Assembly: GCA_001805445.1 (NCBI GenBank)
Contig: MHGF01000003.1
Location: forward strand, 120,429-184,428
DNA from: Omnitrophica WOR_2 bacterium GWF2_43_52
GTDB lineage: Bacteria > Omnitrophota > Gorgyraeia > Gygaellales > UBA12090
Direction of reading: 5' to 3'
DNA: 64,000 bases
The notes beneath the pieces are model-generated. The model saw only the letters and a program-made list of their open reading frames with translations. It had not been told where the DNA came from and did not search any database. A program made the translations under genes and the position numbers. Positions within the stretch are counted from its first letter, which is position 1. The number at the start of each line of letters is the position of its first letter. Shown here one piece after another: positions 1-8,800 of this stretch.

Positions 1-569
1 CCGCTGATCTGATCAAACTTTTCAATAGGATAGAGGACGGTTATGATATGGTCGTAGGCGCGCGAAAAGAAGTATATCATCCTTTTCTTATACTAACCCA
101 TCCTGCGAGGTTCATATTCCGCTTTTTATGCGAGTTTGCTTTAGGCCGAAGAATCCCCGATATAAACTCCGGTCTTAGAGTATTTAAAAAAAGCGTTGCC
201 GAAAAATTTAGGACTACCATAGGTCAGGGATACTCCTTTACCACCTCTTTGACGTTAATATTATTTATTGAAGGGTATTTCGTCGATTATCTACCGGTTT
301 CTTATAAAAAGCGCAAAGGAACCTCTAAGGTTAGATTCATCAGAGATTCGTTAAGGGCGGGCCAGATAATAATAGAAACTATTTTGCGCTATAATCCGAT
401 TAAACCATTTATTTTGATCAGCACTTTTACTTTTTTAGTTTCATTTTTGTTTTTGAGTATTTACGCTTTCAGCACTGATAGCGTTATGGGGCAGGCTGGA
501 TTTATGGGGTTCTATACAGGGATTATTTTAATGGCTATCGGATTTATGTCAATTGCTCTTAAAAAGTAA
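1..569 (+). CDS. Family-2 glycosyltransferase, polyprenyl-phosphate sugar transferase type (GtrB/ArnC/Dpm1-like), C-terminal part; 5' end lies outside the window
   Basis: The frame is open from nt 3 (ADLIKLFNRIEDGYDMVVGARKE...). The motif DINSGLRVFKK matches the GT2 D-x-TSGFR region. Two C-terminal TM helices, as in GtrB/ArnC. Confidence 0.7.
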   Translation, partial: ADLIKLFNRIEDGYDMVVGARKEVYHPFLILTHPARFIFRFLCEFALGRRIPDINSGLRVFKKSVAEKFRTTIGQGYSFTTSLTLILFIEGYFVDYLPVSYKKRKGTSKVRFIRDSLRAGQIIIETILRYNPIKPFILISTFTFLVSFLFLSIYAFSTDSVMGQAGFMGFYTGIILMAIGFMSIALKK

Positions 570-583
570 CCTTGTCATACAGT

Positions 584-2032
584 ATGCTTTTTACTAGCAC
601 ACAATTCTGGTTCTTCTTTGTAATAGTATACCTGACGTACCTTATTTTACCCTACAAGTTGCAAAATCGCCTCCTCTTAATAGCCAGTTGCGTGTTTTAC
701 GGGGCATGGGATTGGCGTTTTCTCATCCTCATGGGGATATCAACGCTGACCGATTTTATCTGTAGCTTGCAGATGCAAACAAGCGATAATTCAAGATACC
801 GTAAATATTTCCTATGGCTGAGTATTTCTATACATCTGTTGATTCTATGTTTCTTTAAATATTTTAATTTTTTCGCTTCTGGGATACACTCTCTGTTCAA
901 TGTCTTGGGAATACCTACTTCGCATACTGCTATCCATATCATTCTACCAGTTGGAATCTCTTTCTATACCTTCAAAGGGATAAGTTATACTATAGATTGT
1001 TACCGTAAAGAAATCTCGCCCACGAGAAATCTATGGGATTACGCTCTTTTTGTTTCCTATTTTCCCCAACTTGTCGCAGGGCCAATCGAAAGAGCGGCTC
1101 ATTTGCTGCCTCAGATAGAAAATCCCCGCACTATAACGCGTCAAAAAATATCAGAAGGCATCTATCTCATTGTGAGCGGACTTTTTCAAAAAATATTTAT
1201 TGCTGATAACCTCGCGTTGATAGTAAACACTGTATTTCAATCGCCTTCTCCCTATATTGGAGCAAGGGTACTACTTGCCGTTTACGCCTTTGCTCTCCAA
1301 ATATATTGCGACTTTGCTGGATATTCAAATATCGCGCGCGGATTAGGTAAAATCATGGGATTTGATATTATGCTCAATTTTAATCTTCCATATTTTTCGT
1401 CTAACCCTTCAGAATTCTGGAAAAAATGGCATATAACACTTTCTAGTTGGCTGCGTGATTACCTTTACATTCCCTTGGGAGGAAACAGAAGAGGAGTGCT
1501 TCTGAGTTACCGAAACATTCTCATCACAATGCTCCTGGGAGGACTTTGGCACGGGGCTGGTTGGACATTTCTCCTTTGGGGAGCATATCATGGGATACTC
1601 ATCGTCTTGTATAAAATAATATCCCCGGTAATTATGGAGTTTCCGCATATAAAAAACACATTCTTGCTAAAATGCTGGAAAGGAATAAAAATAGTATTTT
1701 TCTTTCATCTGGTATGTATGGGTTGGCTTATTTTCAGAGCGCGTTCTTTCGGCCAAATAATAGACATGCTCTCCTCGCTTGGCGGAAATTTGCAAATCAT
1801 AAAGTTTACTCAGGGATCTGCTTTCTCACTCGCCTTTTTCTTAAGCCTATTGGTCATAATGATACAGTTTCTCCAATTTAAGTATAACGATCCTCTGTTA
1901 CTCTTGAATCTACGAGTAAGGTCAAAAATACTACTCCTAACTATGATCATTTATTGCAGCGCCTATGCGGTTATCTTTGGTGGAATCTATCAAATTTCAC
2001 ATGACCAAAAGTTTATTTATTTTCAGTTTTAG
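584..2032 (+). CDS. MBOAT-family membrane O-acyltransferase (AlgI/DltB/PatA-like)
   Basis: Multi-TM protein with the MBOAT signature WHITLSSWLRDYLYIPLGGNRRG...LWHGAGW (conserved His). The track start at 572 is TTG; the ATG at residue 5 (584) was chosen. Confidence 0.8.
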   Translation: MLFTSTQFWFFFVIVYLTYLILPYKLQNRLLLIASCVFYGAWDWRFLILMGISTLTDFICSLQMQTSDNSRYRKYFLWLSISIHLLILCFFKYFNFFASGIHSLFNVLGIPTSHTAIHIILPVGISFYTFKGISYTIDCYRKEISPTRNLWDYALFVSYFPQLVAGPIERAAHLLPQIENPRTITRQKISEGIYLIVSGLFQKIFIADNLALIVNTVFQSPSPYIGARVLLAVYAFALQIYCDFAGYSNIARGLGKIMGFDIMLNFNLPYFSSNPSEFWKKWHITLSSWLRDYLYIPLGGNRRGVLLSYRNILITMLLGGLWHGAGWTFLLWGAYHGILIVLYKIISPVIMEFPHIKNTFLLKCWKGIKIVFFFHLVCMGWLIFRARSFGQIIDMLSSLGGNLQIIKFTQGSAFSLAFFLSLLVIMIQFLQFKYNDPLLLLNLRVRSKILLLTMIIYCSAYAVIFGGIYQISHDQKFIYFQF

Positions 2033-2044
2033 GCAGATCATATC

Positions 2045-3139
2045 ATGAAAAAAGTTAACGACCTGAGAACCCATAGCGTAAAAGATATTGTTACATTTAC
2101 AATTATTCTTTTAGCGATAAACCTGTTCTCCTTGATTGGTGCCGAGGTTTATCTCCGTTATCGTTTTTTTGGCATTTCTGGGTTTGATCTCCATAAAGTT
2201 TTTCCCCAATCAAAACTACAAGAAATCTCCTATAGTGATGACGGGCTTGCGAGATTTAAACCAAATCAGACTGGATTTCTCTATGGCAAACCATTTAAAA
2301 CTAATAGCTTCGGATTGTGGGATGAAAAGGATTATGCGTTGAGAAAAGATATGGGGACATTACGCATAGCTTGCTTTGGAGAATCCTTTACCATGGGAGC
2401 TGGAGTCAGCCAAAACGATAATTATCCAAAAATCCTTGAGCGTGAATTGAATACCTATCTACAACACCATTCTGAAAACCAGATACAACAAGTAGAAGTC
2501 ATGAATTGCGCTATGCCCGGTGACGATTTAGATGGTTACCTGCTTAAACGGATACGGCTTATTAATCATTTTTTCGCTCCGGACATTATTATTATCGGAA
2601 TGACTTCAAATTTTTTCCCATCAAAACAGACAAACCCCTTACACTTTCTCTTTGACCAAAGCCAGAAGAAGCCTACACACAACCCTCTACGACAGATTCA
2701 AGCCAATCTTCTGATACATGCCGCCTTCAATAATTACGAAAATTATGTCATGCAGTATATAGCCCGATGGAAACCTACAAAATTTATTTCATTCTTGAGT
2801 AAAGACGCGCGTTTTAGCAGCAAAAAAACCGATACCTATAGCTTTTTAATACATGAAGCTGTAGAAAATAAAACTCCTAAAGTGATTATAGCCTTAATCA
2901 GAAAGTTGTTCTATATAGATGACGTAACCTATCATAGAGATTTGCAGGAAAATTTATCTCTTTCCTGCGCCAAATATAACTTTTCATTCGCAAATACTTA
3001 CGAGCCTTCTTATTGGATAAGAAAAAATACCGGAGACCTCATAATTTATCCAGGTAACGAACACCCTAATAGAGTTGCCCATAAAATCTACGCGGACATC
3101 ATTTTTTTTAATATACTTGACTCGATCCGAGCAAAATGA
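2045..3139 (+). CDS. Membrane-anchored SGNH/GDSL-like protein, probable partner of the MBOAT acyltransferase (AlgJ/DltD/PatB-like role)
   Basis: N-terminal signal-anchor helix, then block-I-like motif CFGESFTMGAG (GDS-type Ser). Sits immediately downstream of the MBOAT gene. Confidence 0.45.
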   Translation: MKKVNDLRTHSVKDIVTFTIILLAINLFSLIGAEVYLRYRFFGISGFDLHKVFPQSKLQEISYSDDGLARFKPNQTGFLYGKPFKTNSFGLWDEKDYALRKDMGTLRIACFGESFTMGAGVSQNDNYPKILERELNTYLQHHSENQIQQVEVMNCAMPGDDLDGYLLKRIRLINHFFAPDIIIIGMTSNFFPSKQTNPLHFLFDQSQKKPTHNPLRQIQANLLIHAAFNNYENYVMQYIARWKPTKFISFLSKDARFSSKKTDTYSFLIHEAVENKTPKVIIALIRKLFYIDDVTYHRDLQENLSLSCAKYNFSFANTYEPSYWIRKNTGDLIIYPGNEHPNRVAHKIYADIIFFNILDSIRAK

Positions 3140-3574
3140 ACGGCTCTTTTTACAAGGCTGAAGAATTGATTGCCTAACTTCTTATTACCGTGAATGTATC
3201 GATAGGGTGCTTACCTTGTCTCGTGGTGTTTCATTAGGAAAAACTGGACAAAATAATCATGAAAGAGTATAATGAGATTCCAATAGTATAAGAATTGCGG
3301 AAAAACGTGTATTGTTATCCAACTTATAATGCTTTATTAAAAAACGCTATTAAAGCATAAACCATAGTTGCGGCAATTTTTTTAGGCTAAAGACTAAGAA
3401 TACCAGAGGCAAGGCACTTATCGCTACAGAAAGTTTTTTGGACTTTCATCAATCGCACCTTGAAGAATTAAATGAGTATTTGAGGATTTTATAGCATTCA
3501 ATAATGCCGCGTATACAAAAAACATTGTCTTTTTAGAGTAGGGAATTATTGACTCTTAACACAGAGGAGCAACA

Positions 3575-4552
3575 ATGAAAGCACTGATAACTGGCGGAGC
3601 TGGGTTTATAGGATCACATTTAGCAGATGAGCTTTTAGCAAAAAGCCATACTGTTGCTATACTGGATGACCTTTCTACAGGGAGAATGAGCAATATTTCT
3701 CATTTAAAAACAAATCCTAATTTTGAATTGATTGTAGGAACCGTTCTTAACGAATATTTAGTAGATAAGTTGGTTGAGCGATGTGATGTTGTTTTTCATT
3801 TAGCGGCCGCGGTGGGAGTAGAGCTTATAGTAAAGAAACCCCTAGAGTCATTGACAACGAATATTAAGGGTAGTGAAACTATTTTAGAGATGGCTTACCG
3901 GTATAACAAGAAAATACTGATTACTTCTACCTCCGAAATTTACGGCAAGAATGTCAATGGGCCTCTAAAAGAGGGCGATGACAGGATCCTAGGCTCTCCC
4001 TTAAAGGTGAGGTGGAGTTATTCTACTGCCAAAGCTGTAGATGAAATGTTGGCGTATGTATATTGGAAGGAGAAAAATGTCCCTACTATCATAGTGCGGT
4101 TATTTAACACGGTTGGGCCGCGGCAGACAGGGTATTATGGAATGGTGGTGCCTAGGTTTGTGGAACAGGCGCTCAATAATAAGCCGATAACTGTTTATGG
4201 GACAGGAAAACAATCACGATGCTTCATTCATGTCAAAGATGTAGTAAGTGCTTTGATTAAATTGACTGAAGAACCTCACTCTGTGGGAGAAGTGTTTAAT
4301 ATCGGCAGCCAGCATGAAATAACTATCGAACAATTGGCAAAGGAAATCACTAAAATAACGAAAAGTAAATCTCAAATAGAGCATATTCCTTATGAAAAGG
4401 CCTATGAGGAAGGTTTTGAAGATATGCAGCGCAGGATTCCGGATACAACAAAGCTCAATAAACTTATTGGATTCAAACCCACCTATACCCTTGCCCAGAT
4501 TATCCAGGATATCGTAAAATACCAGAAAGACACAAATAAACCTCATCGTTAA
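3575..4552 (+). CDS. NAD-dependent epimerase/dehydratase (UDP-glucuronate decarboxylase / UDP-sugar dehydratase-like SDR)
   Basis: N-terminal Rossmann motif TGGAGFIGSHL, STSEIYG and YxxxK (YSTAK). GGAGG RBS upstream. Confidence 0.8.
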   Translation: MKALITGGAGFIGSHLADELLAKSHTVAILDDLSTGRMSNISHLKTNPNFELIVGTVLNEYLVDKLVERCDVVFHLAAAVGVELIVKKPLESLTTNIKGSETILEMAYRYNKKILITSTSEIYGKNVNGPLKEGDDRILGSPLKVRWSYSTAKAVDEMLAYVYWKEKNVPTIIVRLFNTVGPRQTGYYGMVVPRFVEQALNNKPITVYGTGKQSRCFIHVKDVVSALIKLTEEPHSVGEVFNIGSQHEITIEQLAKEITKITKSKSQIEHIPYEKAYEEGFEDMQRRIPDTTKLNKLIGFKPTYTLAQIIQDIVKYQKDTNKPHR

Positions 4553-5709
4553 TGCCCCGGTTGAAAATAGTAAGGATTGTCACGCGCCTAAATATTGGAG
4601 GGCCGGCGATACATACGGTTTTGCTCACTGCAGGGCTGGATAAGAGCAACTTCGAGTCTTTGCTTGTATGCGGAGCGATAAGTTCAACAGAAGGGGATAT
4701 GGCTTATTATGCCAGCCAAAAAGAGGTAAGGCCTTTATATATTCCGCAATTGAAGAGGGAATTAAACCCTTTAAATGACCTCATTGCTTTCATAAAGATT
4801 CTATGGGTAATTAAAAAAGAAAATCCCGATATACTTCATACCCACACAGCAAAAGCTGGATCCTTAGGCAGGCTTGCGGGGATAGCGTATAATTTTTTTT
4901 GCTTGAGGCAAAGAAAAATAAAACTTATCCATACTTTTCACGGCCATATATTTGATGGTTACTTTAATAAATTTTTCACCACTCTATTTATCCTTGCTGA
5001 AAAAGGCTTGGCCTATTTTACCAATAAAATAATCACTGTAAGTGAAGAAATTAAGAGAGAGCTTATTTCTTTAGGAATAGCAAAAGCAGATAAGATCTTA
5101 GTTATTCCCCTGGGCTTTGAATTAGAGAAGTTTTTAGAAATAGTGCCCAGAGACCAGAAAGAAATCGTAAACATAGGTATTGTAGGGAGGCTCGTGCCGG
5201 TTAAAAATCATTGGCTGTTTCTGAAAGCCGCGCAGATGCTAAGGCTTAGCCTCGCAAACGAGGCTAAGCCTTATAAGGTAAAATTTAAAATTGTTGGTGA
5301 CGGGGAATTGAAGCAAAAACTTGAAGAATCCTCCCTGAAGTTAAATATAGCAGATTGTGTTGAATTCGTAGGCTGGCAGAAAGATTTGGTTAAGGTGTAT
5401 TCAGAATTGGACATAGTCTGCCTTACTTCTTTAAATGAAGGAACACCGGTATCTTTAATTGAGGCTATGGCTTCGGCAAAGGCGGTCATTGCTACTGATG
5501 TGGGAGGAGTAAGAGATTTGTTGGGGCAAGACAGAGGAATTGCTGTTGAGTCAAACAATGCTGAAGCATTTTCTGCGGCACTCTTTTCGTTACTCTCAAA
5601 TGTTACTGCAAGAGAAAGATTAGGAAAGAAAGCAAGAGAATTTGTCAGAGAGAAATTTACGAAACAAAGATTGCTCAGAGGCATAGAAGAGCTGTACTTG
5701 AACATTTAG
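4552..5709 (+). CDS. GT4-family glycosyltransferase
   Basis: C-terminal GT-B motif EGTPVSLIEAMASAKAVIATDVGGVRDLL (E-x7-E type). ATGA overlap with the upstream gene. Confidence 0.75.
   Translation: MPRLKIVRIVTRLNIGGPAIHTVLLTAGLDKSNFESLLVCGAISSTEGDMAYYASQKEVRPLYIPQLKRELNPLNDLIAFIKILWVIKKENPDILHTHTAKAGSLGRLAGIAYNFFCLRQRKIKLIHTFHGHIFDGYFNKFFTTLFILAEKGLAYFTNKIITVSEEIKRELISLGIAKADKILVIPLGFELEKFLEIVPRDQKEIVNIGIVGRLVPVKNHWLFLKAAQMLRLSLANEAKPYKVKFKIVGDGELKQKLEESSLKLNIADCVEFVGWQKDLVKVYSELDIVCLTSLNEGTPVSLIEAMASAKAVIATDVGGVRDLLGQDRGIAVESNNAEAFSAALFSLLSNVTARERLGKKAREFVREKFTKQRLLRGIEELYLNI
5260..5294. repeat. Palindromic element, family A: TAAGGCTTAGCCTCG-CAAA-CGAGGCTAAGCCTTA (15-bp perfect stem), embedded in-frame in the GT4 CDS
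   Basis: Read from the sequence. Encodes ...RLSLANEAKPYK... A near-identical hairpin lies intergenic at 14897-14930. Confidence 0.7.
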
Positions 5710-5723
5710 ATTTATGTGTTATA

Positions 5724-7541
5724 ATGCATTCCATGCACTATCTACAGTTATTTATTGTACCTTTTATTTTAAGCCTTGTTTTTACTCCTTTAGTCCGTAT
5801 ACTTGCGCTCAAAAAAGGTTTTGTCTCTTATCCTCGCGTTGACCGCTGGCATAAGCACCCTACGGCATTGCTTGGCGGTATCAGCATATATTTAGCCTCA
5901 ACTATCCCTGCCTTTTTTATTAAAATCCCTGATAAACGGATACTCGGCCTTATTATTGGGGCTACATTCTTGTTTGGTGTCGGCCTGGCTGATGATAAAT
6001 TTCATTTTAAGCCTTATACCAAATTATTTTGCCAAATTATTGCCGGTTGCATTGCCATAGGCCATGGCATTACTTTAGGCATGCCCCAGGAAAGTTTTAT
6101 CGCTATTCCCCTAACGTTGCTCTGGATAGTAGGGGTAACAAATTCTTTTAATCTTTTGGATAATATTGACGGCTTGGCCTCAGGAATTGCCGGGATATCG
6201 GCATTCATGCTATTTCTATCATCGCTCTTTTTTTCTCATAATCCTTCCGGAGTATACGGGCTGATTGTCTGTGGGGCAGTGCTTGGATTCCTACCTTATA
6301 ATTTTAACCCGGCAAAGATTTTTATGGGAGATTCAGGAAGCATGTTTTTGGGATTCACTTTGGCGGTGATTTCTGTCTTAGAAACATCCTTGCATATTTC
6401 CGGGCTTTTTACTACATTATTCGTGCCTGTGTTAATTATGTCGGTACCTATCTTTGATACACTTTTTGTCACAATTTTACGCAAAATTCAGGGCCGAAAG
6501 ATTTTTGAAGGAGGAAAAGACCATACTTCTCATCATATGGTTACCTTAGGGCTTTCCCAGAGAAAAACCGTCTTACTATTATATGCCATAAGCCTAACCT
6601 TTGGATTGATCGCGATTCTGCATTCTAAAATGAACACGCTTATTGTTTTTACAATCGCTATCTTGGGAGTGGGGCTTTTATTATATTTTGGAATATTTTT
6701 ATCTGATTCAGTCGCCTTAATAAGCAAACAGAAAGGGCACAAAAAACACTATGATAGTAACGGCAGAAACACAATCTTAACCGCGGTGTTATTGCATAAA
6801 CGCAGGGTTGCTGAAATTCTTATGGACTCAGCCTTTATTTGTATTGCCTATTCCTTAAGTTATTTCCTGCGTTTTGAAGGGACAATGTTGTTACCTAACT
6901 TGCAGTTAATGAAAGACTCACTGGTGTGGGTTATTGTGATAAAGATGTCTGTATTTTTTGTTTTTGGGCTTTACCGGGGCATATGGCGGTATATAAGTAT
7001 TTCTGATTTACTTACTATATTTAAAGTAGTAGGCATAGCGTCTATCGGTTCAATCATTTTCCTGACCTTTATTTTTCGTTTTAAGGATTATTCCCGGGCA
7101 GTCTTTATAATGGATTGGATAATTCTTTTATTCCTCATTTCAGCAAGCAGGATTTCCTTTCGGGTCTTGGGGGAATTCTTTAGCCAGGTTGGCAAAAAAG
7201 GGAAAAATGTCTTAATCTTTGGAGCGGGGGATACCGGAGAGATGGTGGCTCGTGAGATAAAAAGGAATAAAGCCCTTAATTATAATCCTGTAGGGTTTGT
7301 CGATGATGATCCTAAGAAAAACGGCATTACGATACAGGGAGTACGCGTGTTAGGAACCAGAAGTAAAATTAAAAACTTAATCAAGGAAAACGATATAAAA
7401 GAGATTATAATAACTATCCAATCCATAGACATTGAGGATTTATCCGAGATAGCAAAGATTTGCAGCGACTATAGTATTTCCTACAGGCAGGTAAGAGGTA
7501 TTTTAGACAAGGATGAAATAAGTGAATTCAATAAAAATTAA
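5724..7541 (+). CDS. Fusion: WecA/MraY-family polyprenyl-phosphate HexNAc-1-phosphate transferase (N-terminal) + WbaP/PglF-N-terminal-like 4-TM plus CoA-binding (Rossmann-like) domain (C-terminal)
   Basis: N-terminal half carries the MraY/WecA motifs (DDKFHF..., NLLDNIDGLASG, MGDSGS). C-terminal half carries TM helices followed by NVLIFGAGDTGEMVAREIKRNKALNYNPVGFVDDDPKKNGITIQGVRVLG, typical of WbaP/CapD N-termini. Confidence 0.7.
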   Translation: MHSMHYLQLFIVPFILSLVFTPLVRILALKKGFVSYPRVDRWHKHPTALLGGISIYLASTIPAFFIKIPDKRILGLIIGATFLFGVGLADDKFHFKPYTKLFCQIIAGCIAIGHGITLGMPQESFIAIPLTLLWIVGVTNSFNLLDNIDGLASGIAGISAFMLFLSSLFFSHNPSGVYGLIVCGAVLGFLPYNFNPAKIFMGDSGSMFLGFTLAVISVLETSLHISGLFTTLFVPVLIMSVPIFDTLFVTILRKIQGRKIFEGGKDHTSHHMVTLGLSQRKTVLLLYAISLTFGLIAILHSKMNTLIVFTIAILGVGLLLYFGIFLSDSVALISKQKGHKKHYDSNGRNTILTAVLLHKRRVAEILMDSAFICIAYSLSYFLRFEGTMLLPNLQLMKDSLVWVIVIKMSVFFVFGLYRGIWRYISISDLLTIFKVVGIASIGSIIFLTFIFRFKDYSRAVFIMDWIILLFLISASRISFRVLGEFFSQVGKKGKNVLIFGAGDTGEMVAREIKRNKALNYNPVGFVDDDPKKNGITIQGVRVLGTRSKIKNLIKENDIKEIIITIQSIDIEDLSEIAKICSDYSISYRQVRGILDKDEISEFNKN

Positions 7542-8754
7542 GATAGCTCTCGTTTGCGATACCATTGCTTTTATTTCTCTATGCGCCATAGCTTTTTTTC
7601 TGCCGATTTCTAAGGCTATCATTGAATCCTTTAGCATAGTAGCAATCGTCGCGTACATAACCAGAAAACTTCTCTCGCGCGAAAATGTTCCCGAAACCGC
7701 GCTTAATTATGGAATTTTAGCCTACGCGGTTGTTTGCGTAGTTTCTATATTTTTTAGCAGCAACTCCATACTGAGCGCGAGGACATTTTTTCTAAAAACG
7801 CTGCAGGGTATTCTCCTTTTTTTTACCATAGCAGAAACCTTGCCAAGCGGTAAACGCGTTAAGATTCTTTTATCTATTTTGTTTACCTCATCTTTTGTTC
7901 TCGGCATTGATGGAATATACCAGTATTTTACCCGTGTAGATTTTATCCGGCATCGCCCAAGAATTTTTGAAGATCGTATTTACGCATCCTTTGTGACACC
8001 CAATTCCTTCGGCTGTTATATAGCGATGGTGTTGCCATTCACCCTTACTCACTTTTTTATGAAAATACGCCTTAAGATTTCCAAGATAGTGTATCTGACT
8101 CTCTTTTTATTATTATTTACCTGTCTTCTTTTAACCATGTCCCGAGGAGCATGGTTTGCCTTTTTGCCTTCGGTGATATTTATTGCCATTTGGATACGTC
8201 CGCTCAGCGTGTTTCTTCTTGCTATCGCCATACTTGTAATAGCACTGCAGCCTTTCTATCCGCCATATTTAAGGGAACGGTTGAGAAGTTTCTTTATCTT
8301 CACTGATACCAGCAGTATAGACAGAAAAATCATCTGGCAGGCAGGATGGAAGATGTTTTTATCTAAGCCCTGGCTCGGGGTAGGATTAGGGGCTTTTATG
8401 TTTAACTTCAAAAAATTTGTTGTTGAAAATTATCCTTCTGGGATAGTGTATGCCCATAATTGCTACCTGCAAATGGCCTCAGAAATTGGGATTATTGGGC
8501 TTTTGACTTTTCTGTCTATTTTATTTTCATTCTTTTATCACGGCATCAAAATACTCAATACCCACGATAAAAATTATTTTTGGTACATTCTCTTGGCTTC
8601 TCAAGCGGCAATCGTAGGATATTGCGTGCAGATGGGTGTGGACACAATACTTTATTCATTGGATTTGGGTATGCTTTTCTGGCTTATCATGGGAATTGGT
8701 GTCGCTGCTATGAAATGCCTGGAAGCTAAAGATAAAAAAGCAGTCCCCTGTTAA
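7522..8754 (+). CDS. O-antigen ligase/polymerase family (Wzy_C/WaaL-like) integral membrane protein
   Basis: About 10 TM helices with a central periplasmic loop (MSRGAWFAFL...). GTG start overlapping the upstream stop. Located in a polysaccharide locus. Confidence 0.55.
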   Translation: MNSIKIKIALVCDTIAFISLCAIAFFLPISKAIIESFSIVAIVAYITRKLLSRENVPETALNYGILAYAVVCVVSIFFSSNSILSARTFFLKTLQGILLFFTIAETLPSGKRVKILLSILFTSSFVLGIDGIYQYFTRVDFIRHRPRIFEDRIYASFVTPNSFGCYIAMVLPFTLTHFFMKIRLKISKIVYLTLFLLLFTCLLLTMSRGAWFAFLPSVIFIAIWIRPLSVFLLAIAILVIALQPFYPPYLRERLRSFFIFTDTSSIDRKIIWQAGWKMFLSKPWLGVGLGAFMFNFKKFVVENYPSGIVYAHNCYLQMASEIGIIGLLTFLSILFSFFYHGIKILNTHDKNYFWYILLASQAAIVGYCVQMGVDTILYSLDLGMLFWLIMGIGVAAMKCLEAKDKKAVPC

Positions 8755-8800
8755 CATAACCCCTTATTTTTTAAAACTCCATACGGAAAGTATCTTTAAT

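Noticed and set aside
572-583. TTG start at 572 for the MBOAT gene, as given in the ORF track
   Set aside because: The track evidently opens ORFs at the first ATG/GTG/TTG. The ATG at 584 gives a normal MBOAT N-terminus (MLFTSTQFWFFF). Neither has a strong RBS, so the choice is low-confidence. The same logic was applied at 14928 (pgk), 25839 (hup), 26185 (hisS), 48920 (apt), 51607 (OMP), 53300 (RAYT), 17319 (SBP) and 37472 (nfnB-panB).
3140-3574. 435-bp A/T-rich gap between the SGNH-like gene and the SDR gene, considered for a small RNA or promoter cluster
   Set aside because: Only a weak imperfect hairpin (ATGCTTTATTAA...TTAAAGCAT) and a TTGACT box without a convincing -10 were found. There is nothing I can support beyond 'probable promoter region of the downstream operon'.
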